From Bacillota bacterium (lineage in GTDB: Bacteria > Bacillota > Clostridia > Tissierellales > Sedimentibacteraceae): 64,000 nucleotides of DNA. The DNA lies in assembly GCA_023453025.1 (NCBI GenBank), contig JAEXUD010000058.1, positions 907-64,906 of the forward strand, given 5' to 3'. The notes under the pieces are model-generated. The model searched no databases and had not been told where the DNA came from. It saw only the letters and a list, made by a program, of their open reading frames with translations. Every line of letters starts with the position of its first letter. Position 1 is the first letter of the stretch. Below are positions 56,736 through 64,000 of this stretch, piece by piece. Position numbers and translations under genes: made by a program.

Positions 56736-57812
56736 TTATGTTTTTATCTGTTTTTTTTCTCTATATCCGGCACTGCAGCTTCCTGTCCCTTTATATTTTC
56801 TGCTGATGTAAACAGCTGCAATCAGAAGCAGGGATGAAAAATATGCAAATAATATTTTTATTACAATCCGGCTCATTTCCGTAAGACCGCTGTTTAAATA
56901 ATATGGGATAAAATCGCAAAAGGACTTTAGGATACTGTAAATGCTTTCAGGTGATACAGGATTAAACCTGTATGGCATTCTGAGATTGATGTATTTAACA
57001 GTTAAGAGCATACAGCACAGTATTAACAGGATAATCCCTCCCGAAAGCAATATTATTCTTTTAACTGTTTTGGCATTCCCTTGTTCCCTAATATATCTTA
57101 AGATGTCAACATCATACTTTTGTTCTTCATATCCTGATATGAGGCTGTTAAGCAGCTTCTTCAAAGCATTCATTAATTTAAATATTATATATATACATAT
57201 TGCCATAAAGCACAAAATTATAATCTTAAGCAGGAGTTTGCCTATATTGTCATAATAAATATGAACTGACGGATTTATATCCCTTGATTTAAGTATAGAC
57301 AGAAAAGTATTTTCATCTATATTTACGCCGTCCTTATTTTTAAGCACGGCATATATCCTCTGCCGTTTTATATTTTGACCCTCAAGCATGCTCATATCAT
57401 TATAATATATGTCGCTGCTGTCTGTAATAACAGCATTTATCCTGTATTCCCTGCTATTAAATTCATGCTTCATGCCAAGTGGATAATATGCATAGTTTTT
57501 TTCGGCAAACTTATCTCCCATAAGAACCTCGTATTCACTCAGCTCTATATTTGTTTTTTCTTTAATTCTATCTCTAAGGAGAATATTTATATTTCCTTTG
57601 TATACCTTTGAGCTCTCTTCATTATATAGATCATATATCATCAGATAATCATATATCTGTGCCTGTTCCAGTGCCTTTTCAGTTTCTTCCGGATCATGAC
57701 AGCTGTTTAAGCATACTTCTGCTATGCCCTTGTAAAAATTGGACTGAACATACAGGTACATTAAAAGTGTTATAATTATAATTGAAAGAAGTGCGCATAC
57801 CGTTTTTTTCAT
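56736..57812 (-). CDS. Membrane protein with a MacB-like extracytoplasmic domain
   Basis: TM + VLMGDKFAEK..LG..EFNSREYRINAVI + 3 C-terminal TMs; ATG after AGGAG. Confidence 0.55.
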   Translation of the reverse strand: MKKTVCALLSIIIITLLMYLYVQSNFYKGIAEVCLNSCHDPEETEKALEQAQIYDYLMIYDLYNEESSKVYKGNINILLRDRIKEKTNIELSEYEVLMGDKFAEKNYAYYPLGMKHEFNSREYRINAVITDSSDIYYNDMSMLEGQNIKRQRIYAVLKNKDGVNIDENTFLSILKSRDINPSVHIYYDNIGKLLLKIIILCFMAICIYIIFKLMNALKKLLNSLISGYEEQKYDVDILRYIREQGNAKTVKRIILLSGGIILLILCCMLLTVKYINLRMPYRFNPVSPESIYSILKSFCDFIPYYLNSGLTEMSRIVIKILFAYFSSLLLIAAVYISRKYKGTGSCSAGYREKKQIKT

Positions 57813-57825
57813 TTGAAGCTCCTGC

Positions 57826-59130
57826 TTAATCAATAACTCTGACCCGCATTTCATCCTCCAAAACAGATGAAGCATAATCAGCTATTAAAGTATATCTGTC
57901 CATTGCTGCCGTACCCTGCCGGGCAGGCTCAACAGCAACCGTATCGTCTCCTACAGCAAGTATCTTGTATTCTCCCTGCTTTAGATAGTTTACTTTTCCC
58001 AAAATAGATTCTTCCGTCACCACTGCGTAAATATAACAGTAATTGCCGGATTTCAGCTCACCTATTGGCACAACCGCTGTTTTTTCAACCACACATTCGT
58101 AGGCTTCCTCCGATTGTGCCATAAATTTTACAGTGTCTGATATGTACACATTCTCTCTTATTCCATCTCTGAGGGAAAAAACAAGTTCATTGTGGTCCGG
58201 AAAGGACCGAACCGATTGAATTCCTGCAGACTCCTTCTTTCTCTCATCGCTTTTCCAGAAATACAGGCTGTGCTTGTTTTTAAAAATATTATCATAAACC
58301 TCCCTGTCCAAAAAAGCTTCCATGTATAAATCCTCATTGGTATTGCACAAAGAATACCTTATTACGGTTTCGCCTTCATCCACAACCTTTTTGTCAGTTA
58401 TATAATCTATATACACCTTGTCAGAAAGAAAATAAACCCCGCTGCTGTCCACGGTTATTTTATTTTCATCATCTTCGATAATTTCTCCCTGAAGCTTAGC
58501 CTGAAGGATTTTTATTTCCTCGTCAATACGGTTTAAGCTCATGGCATATATTTCTGTCTCGCTTTTGTGGCTGCTCAATTCATTCTCATATTCCTGACGG
58601 CACTCTTCCATAGCATCATTTTTACTGTCAAGCTCCTCCTTGGCTACGATTCCATTTTCATACAAATATTTTGCATTTTCATAATCTTCCATTGCCTTGT
58701 CATATATTTCTTTTAATTTTTTTACAGCTGCTTCGTCGCTGTCCAATTGCTTTCTCAAATTAAGCTTTTCTATTTCATATACCTTTATTTGATTTTGCAA
58801 TTCAGGAATTTCCGTATCTGTATTTAATTCCTGCCTGCTTGTATCCAATATTATTATTTTTGCTCCCGGCTCAACTATTTGCGAATTCTTAACGTTTATT
58901 TCTGATATATACAGCTTCCTGTCAGCTTTTACTTCGATTGTTTCCCTTGAGACAACCCTGCCCGTGAAATAATCCTTCTTAATAAGCATACTGTTTTCCA
59001 ATGGCTTAGTGACAGTAACTTCAGGCATAATATAGTTTCTGATTGTAAAAAATACAAAACCGATAACAATTACAATGCTTAGAAAAGCAAAAAATATTTT
59101 TAAAAGTTTATCAAAGAATCCGGATTTCAC
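57826..59130 (-). CDS. Efflux periplasmic adaptor / membrane-fusion (HlyD-like) protein
   Basis: N-terminal TM, ISEINVKNSQIVEPG lipoyl-like half, long coiled coil, CVVEKTAV. Confidence 0.7.
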   Translation of the reverse strand: MKSGFFDKLLKIFFAFLSIVIVIGFVFFTIRNYIMPEVTVTKPLENSMLIKKDYFTGRVVSRETIEVKADRKLYISEINVKNSQIVEPGAKIIILDTSRQELNTDTEIPELQNQIKVYEIEKLNLRKQLDSDEAAVKKLKEIYDKAMEDYENAKYLYENGIVAKEELDSKNDAMEECRQEYENELSSHKSETEIYAMSLNRIDEEIKILQAKLQGEIIEDDENKITVDSSGVYFLSDKVYIDYITDKKVVDEGETVIRYSLCNTNEDLYMEAFLDREVYDNIFKNKHSLYFWKSDERKKESAGIQSVRSFPDHNELVFSLRDGIRENVYISDTVKFMAQSEEAYECVVEKTAVVPIGELKSGNYCYIYAVVTEESILGKVNYLKQGEYKILAVGDDTVAVEPARQGTAAMDRYTLIADYASSVLEDEMRVRVID

Positions 59131-59134
59131 TGCT

Positions 59135-59959
59135 TTACCTTCTTTCGTCGCTGATTTTTAGTACCATCACTTTAAGCTTGTCTCTGATTTTCATAAACAC
59201 ATATATAACAGGAAACATAAACAAAACACTGCCTGCATAAAAAATCTCCCTGTAGCTTTCATAAAGGGTATTTAAATAAATGGACACAGGCATTTTTGAC
59301 ATAGTATTTAAAAATATGAGGGGCTGTTCGATTAAATTCCAGTTTTCAATAAAAATCAAAAGACACAAGGCTGCTATGGCGTTTTTGGAATATGGCAATA
59401 CCACATGAATCAATATCTCAAAATTTGATGCACCATCTATTTTTGCAATCTCATAATAGCTTTGGGGTATTGATTCAAAAAACTGCTTGAGAAAAAACAC
59501 TCCGAGTGTGCTGAATACCCCCGGCAAAATAACCGCTAAATGAGTATTGAATAATCTTAATCCCAGATATCTCTCTATGGAATTGTACAAAAGCACATTT
59601 GGTATCAACGTTATCTGCAACGGAAGAAGCATAAAAAATGTATAAATCAAAAACAATATTTCCGAAAACCTGCTTTTTTTCACAGCCAGGTAATATGCGG
59701 CACTTATGCTTACAATTATCTGCCCTGCCAAAACCCCCGCAGTCATTGCAGCCGAATTTATATAAAGCTTGAAATATTCATTTTTTTCAACACTTATTTC
59801 ATAATACTGCTGAATATTAAATACCTCCGGAACTATTTCCATATCATTATTTCTCAATTGATACTCATCCATAAAGGAATGGGATATGGTATATAGTATG
59901 GGAAACATAAATATTAATATAATAAGTACAGAAAGAAATTTAACCGAAAATTTTTTCAT
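59135..59959 (-). CDS. Carbohydrate-type ABC permease (MalG-like)
   Basis: EAA loop IPQSYYEIAKIDGAS..IHVVLP, ENWN..EQPLIFL. Confidence 0.88.
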   Translation of the reverse strand: MKKFSVKFLSVLIILIFMFPILYTISHSFMDEYQLRNNDMEIVPEVFNIQQYYEISVEKNEYFKLYINSAAMTAGVLAGQIIVSISAAYYLAVKKSRFSEILFLIYTFFMLLPLQITLIPNVLLYNSIERYLGLRLFNTHLAVILPGVFSTLGVFFLKQFFESIPQSYYEIAKIDGASNFEILIHVVLPYSKNAIAALCLLIFIENWNLIEQPLIFLNTMSKMPVSIYLNTLYESYREIFYAGSVLFMFPVIYVFMKIRDKLKVMVLKISDERR

Positions 59960-59967
59960 GACCGCTC

Positions 59968-60744
59968 CTACAAGGACATGTTTATTTTATGCTTTTTACC
60001 TAATCTCAATATTAAAAACAGCAGTACAAATATGAACGCAAGAAGTATATCGGCTCCAGCCATAAGTGTATCCAGACTTAATTCCTTGAGCTTTAGGTGA
60101 AGAAAATTCTGTATCATAAACATTCTGTAATCAGGATATTCTCCAAATACAGCATATGTCATCCTGAAAATCTTCAGAGAGTTATATGTGCTCACTATAA
60201 CGGCAAGCACAAGTGCCTCGCTGTGAAGGGGCAGCATTATGGAAAAAATCGTCCTTAGTGTTCCGGACCCGTCCAGATATGCAGCTTCTTCAATGCTTTT
60301 ATCTCTGTTTTTCAATGATATAAGAAAAATAATATAGGTATACCCTATACAGCTCCATAAGAATATAAATCCCACTATGAACAGTCCGTTTATATTTTCC
60401 AAAACGGAGCTTGAAGCCATTTCCCTGAAAAATCCCGATACAGAAGAAGCCGGCACCGTAATCGGCAATATAACCGCCGCCTGAACCCAAAAGCTCAGCT
60501 TAAGATATTCTGTAGCAAAGGCTGTAACAAACCCCAAAATAACAGCAAGCGGAATAAATACGGACATGAATATAACTGTATTTTTAATCGATATAATAAA
60601 TCCCATATTTGAAAAAATATCTGCAAAGGAGCTGTTTGATGAAAAGAAAACATATTTTTGAGCTGTTATAAAAGGGATCAAATACTAAGCCGCAACTCCC
60701 AAGATGCTTGGAAGTATATATTTCATCATGCCGTATTTTTTCAT
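59968..60744 (-). pseudogene. Carbohydrate-type ABC permease (MalF-like) with in-frame TAG at codon 20 (pseudogene, read-through or sequence error)
   Basis: ATG 60744 overlaps the ATPase stop (ATGA); MKKYGMMKYILPSILGVAA*YLIPF; EAA loop IEEAAYLDGSG. Confidence 0.7.
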
Positions 60745-61757
60745 AATATAATTTTTTCTCCCTTTTCCCTGTCAAAATAATGTATGTCTTTTTTCAGGCA
60801 GCAGAGCTTGTAGCTGTCACCCTTTATTGTCTGAATATCCTCAGGCACTTTGGAAACAAGCTTTAATCCGTTGCAATCAAAATATATCAGCTTTTCCGAT
60901 CCTATCAGCTCCACAGCCTCCACATAGCATTCATCAAAGCTCAGTGAATCGCCCTCCGTTTCATCTGCTGATGAAATTTTTAATTTTTCAGGTCTTATAC
61001 CCATGTCCACGTTTTTATCACAGTCCTTTATAAAGTTCATCTGCGGTGAACCTATAAAGCCTGCAGTAAAAATATTTACAGGTTTTTTATAAATATTTTC
61101 AGGAGTATCCATTTGCTGTATTATCCCGTCCTTCATAACAGCTATTCTCTCTCCCATGGTCATGGCTTCGGTCTGGTCATGAGTAACGTATACAAAGGTA
61201 GTGCCAAGGCGTCTGTGCAAATTTATAAGTTCTATTCTCATCTGAGTTCTGAGCTTTGCATCAATATTTGACAGCGGCTCGTCAAACAAAAAAACATCCG
61301 GTTCACGTATTATGGCTCTGCCAAGTGCCGCTCTTTGCTTCTGTCCTCCCGACAGCGTGGCAGGTTTTTTGTATAGTATATCTTCTATTTCCAATATTTC
61401 CGCGATGTTTAAGATTTTCTCCTTGATTTCTTTTTTACCCATTTTTCTAAGCTTAAGTGAAAAAGCCATATTTTCATAGACATTCATATGAGGATACAGG
61501 GCATAGTTCTGAAATACCATGGATATATTCCTGTCCTTAGGCAGCACATCATTAACCCTCCTGTTTCCTATTATTACATCCCCTGCAGAAGCTTCTTCAA
61601 GTCCAGCAATTATCCTGAGTATCGTTGTTTTTCCGCATCCGGAGGGACCCACCAGCACAAGGAATTCCTTATCGTTTATTTCCAGGCTGAATTCTTCCAA
61701 TGCTTTAAATCCGTTAGGATAAATCTTTGTTATATCATTTAAAATTATTCCTGCCAT
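60741..61757 (-). CDS. ABC ATP-binding protein (MalK/UgpC-like)
   Basis: GPSGCGKTT, VFQNYALYPHM, LSGGQKQR, DEPLSN, VTHDQ, GFIGSP. Confidence 0.93.
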   Translation of the reverse strand: MAGIILNDITKIYPNGFKALEEFSLEINDKEFLVLVGPSGCGKTTILRIIAGLEEASAGDVIIGNRRVNDVLPKDRNISMVFQNYALYPHMNVYENMAFSLKLRKMGKKEIKEKILNIAEILEIEDILYKKPATLSGGQKQRAALGRAIIREPDVFLFDEPLSNIDAKLRTQMRIELINLHRRLGTTFVYVTHDQTEAMTMGERIAVMKDGIIQQMDTPENIYKKPVNIFTAGFIGSPQMNFIKDCDKNVDMGIRPEKLKISSADETEGDSLSFDECYVEAVELIGSEKLIYFDCNGLKLVSKVPEDIQTIKGDSYKLCCLKKDIHYFDREKGEKIIL

Positions 61758-61769
61758 TTTTCACCCTGC

Positions 61770-63134
61770 TCAATTACCGCTGATATTCAAATTGATAATG
61801 AAATCATCAGCCATTTTATCGAAATTCTCCAATACACCTTCATCCTTAACTGCAGCTGCCGCCATATCTGCCACAAATTCATACAAGCTCCAATAGTATT
61901 TGACACCTGAGAAAAAATACGACATATCCATGCTTCTGACTGTTTCATACCCCTTGGTCAAAACTTCGTACAGCTTTTCCTCTTCCTTGATAGGATACCA
62001 TTTAAGTGAGACTTTATTGCCATCCACATCCGTAAGGCTTTTCACACCCACGTAGTTCCAGTCTTCGTCAAATCCAATCAAGTCTCTTGTTGAATCCAGG
62101 TTTGTAATTACACCTCTGTAACCCGAATCATACAAGGATATCTGAAATCCATCGCTGAACAAGGTATCTGCCACAGTGTACACATTGCTGCTTTTACTGT
62201 TTTCAGGTATAAACAAACAGGGCACAACAAGATTACTATATGTATAAAAACGGTTACTGTTATTGTCCAATAGCACTATTGTATAGTCTTCAATAGGTGG
62301 ATGGTTTCTTACGAAATCATTGTAATTTAATGCTTCATAATTATAAGGCAGACCGGAAAACTCATATCCGGATTTTTCTTCGACAATTTTATAGTCAAAA
62401 TCATTAGAATCATTAATAATATATTCATAGTCGTAGTTGCTTTTTATATCATGAACCAATTCACGCACAGCAGTCAGGACTGCTGTTTTGTCTACGTACA
62501 AGCCTTTTTGATCTTTTAAAATTTTCAATTCATTTTTTATGAAATAGTAGTCGACAAGTTCATCAAATTCCCCTGCATTCAGCTTGAATTTTGCTCCTGA
62601 TGCCTTCATTCCTTGTTTTATTTCATAATACTCATCAAGTGTAATTACATTTTTAGGCTGTATATTGTATTTTACCAAGACATCATTATTGACAAAGTTA
62701 ACTCGCAAAACTGTGCATAGCGGAATGCAATATTGATTTTTAAAATTATCAAATATATTTTCATAATTCTTCATTCTGTCATAGCTTCCTGCCTTATCCT
62801 TCAAATCATATAAATTTCCGGCTAAATCAAATGTCATGTCCAAATCGCCGTGTTCAATAGCAAGGTTTCTTTTAAGAACATAGTCATTGTAGCTTAAGTC
62901 CGACTGGGAAAATTGCTTGACATCTATCTCTATATCGTCTAAGTTTGCCTGATATGTTATCCTTTCTACAGCAGCTTCGGCAATGCTGTTATAAGAAATA
63001 TTTTCCTCATATTTATACCACCAGATTTTCACAACATCCTTTTCTCCGCCCGTTTGCACAGAGCACGAAGTCAGGATAGCAATCAAGATGATAGATAAAA
63101 ACATATATATTCTTTTCATGTCAGAGACATACAC
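61770..63134 (-). CDS. Lipoprotein, divergent solute-binding-protein-like
   Basis: Lipobox LTSC; VKIWWY; YCIP..FVNNDVL.KY; upstream of the ABC operon. Confidence 0.7.
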   Translation of the reverse strand: MYVSDMKRIYMFLSIILIAILTSCSVQTGGEKDVVKIWWYKYEENISYNSIAEAAVERITYQANLDDIEIDVKQFSQSDLSYNDYVLKRNLAIEHGDLDMTFDLAGNLYDLKDKAGSYDRMKNYENIFDNFKNQYCIPLCTVLRVNFVNNDVLVKYNIQPKNVITLDEYYEIKQGMKASGAKFKLNAGEFDELVDYYFIKNELKILKDQKGLYVDKTAVLTAVRELVHDIKSNYDYEYIINDSNDFDYKIVEEKSGYEFSGLPYNYEALNYNDFVRNHPPIEDYTIVLLDNNSNRFYTYSNLVVPCLFIPENSKSSNVYTVADTLFSDGFQISLYDSGYRGVITNLDSTRDLIGFDEDWNYVGVKSLTDVDGNKVSLKWYPIKEEEKLYEVLTKGYETVRSMDMSYFFSGVKYYWSLYEFVADMAAAAVKDEGVLENFDKMADDFIINLNISGN

Positions 63135-63252
63135 CTTTCCATAATTTGTATATAAAAATTATACCATATATTGAATAGATTGTCTAATTTTCTACAAAAA
63201 TGCAATAAATTATCTGAATACAATATAACATTACTTTTCAACCTGCATCTTC

Positions 63253-64000
63253 TTAGTTATATAAAACATTAAATCTTGTGAGATATTCATCAACACTTCT
63301 GTTAAAATCCTCTTCGCTATAATTTGGGTCTTCCACCATTTTTAATGCTTCATTTCCGACAAACTCACGAATAGCTATCCTGTATTCAAATGGAGTAAAA
63401 AATCTTTCAGTATCGGTATTTTTGAATATTTCGTATGCTTTCTGTACAACCGGCATTAATTCTTTTATATCTTTTCCTATAATACTGTGATTATATATTT
63501 TTGTTTTTCCGGGCTCATATTTGTAGCTGCGGTCATCATTATAGCCGGTGTCCTGTCTTACCTGAGGCGTATCCGTTATAGTGCTGTATGCTAAAGTGTT
63601 ATTATATAAGCGGCTCTGAAACCTGTCGCTCAGCAGGAAATCAGCTATTTTATATGCATTTTCTTTTTTTGAATTTTTGTTTAAAATCATACACTGCATC
63701 CTGAACATGGTACGTTCCAGATTATTTTCAATTACCACCACATAATCTTCAAACGGAGGAGTAATATCCCATGTAAATGACAGAAACTTTAAAGGATAAT
63801 ATTTTCCTCTTTGTGCAAAAGGACGCCCCAATGCTTCGTCGTATATAATTCTTTCATTATTTTTGTTATATTGTATTTCTTCCTTTATCGTATATATATC
63901 TGTATCGTAATTTTTAACTATATCTTCAGCAATTTCGCGTGCTGTTTTTATCACAGCTTGCCGGTCAATAGTAAATTGTCCGTTTTCATTTAGCATCTTA
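63253..64000 (-). CDS. Paralog of the 61770-63134 lipoprotein, 5'-truncated by the window edge
   Basis: IDRQAVIKTAREIAEDIVKNYD vs VDKTAVLTAVRELVHDIKSNYD; IADFLLSDRFQ vs VADTLFSDGFQ; frame open to the edge. Confidence 0.7.
   Translation of the reverse strand, partial: KMLNENGQFTIDRQAVIKTAREIAEDIVKNYDTDIYTIKEEIQYNKNNERIIYDEALGRPFAQRGKYYPLKFLSFTWDITPPFEDYVVVIENNLERTMFRMQCMILNKNSKKENAYKIADFLLSDRFQSRLYNNTLAYSTITDTPQVRQDTGYNDDRSYKYEPGKTKIYNHSIIGKDIKELMPVVQKAYEIFKNTDTERFFTPFEYRIAIREFVGNEALKMVEDPNYSEEDFNRSVDEYLTRFNVLYN

Noticed and set aside
63135..63252. CodY boxes upstream of the lipoprotein gene
   Set aside because: Best matches have 4 mismatches in very AT-rich DNA, which is not distinguishable from chance
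1242..63993. Numerous 60-165 aa ORFs overlapping larger genes
   Set aside because: Antisense or alternate-frame shadows without SD or recognisable motifs
1..64000. Genome-wide TAG reassignment
   Set aside because: pfkA, chrA, MFS, rubrerythrin, ybjQ, the SLH protein and others end at TAG at their expected C-termini

Overview
This is an AT-rich chromosomal window from a spore-forming clostridial-type Firmicute (inferred from the dnaE-pfkA-pyk operon, SLH proteins and sporulation genes). The left part holds housekeeping genes (cyclophilin, pyk, pfkA, dnaE, a chromate transporter pair, cls). It also holds two cstA paralogs set back-to-back with a small CC-star-like protein and an ArsA/Get3 ATPase. 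The middle has scattered sporulation genes with SigK/SigE-like promoters, a thioester-less alpha-2-macroglobulin lipoprotein paired with a membrane-anchored Memo protein, and a 3424-aa SLH-anchored Ig/lectin surface protein. The right part has a TPP-riboswitch thiamine/HMP ABC operon with an extra methyltransferase, PadR and MarR-MATE modules with visible operators, and a membrane-anchored MutS-like ATPase. It ends with an unusual operon that mixes sugar-importer ABC parts with a membrane-fusion protein and a MacB-like protein; one of its permeases carries an in-frame TAG. Non-coding elements include a 251-bp fully palindromic MITE-like element, two short REP-like repeat families and a decayed HipA/CtkA-like remnant. 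I saw no rRNA, tRNA, CRISPR array or intact transposase. All family assignments come from motif recognition by eye, not from database searches.
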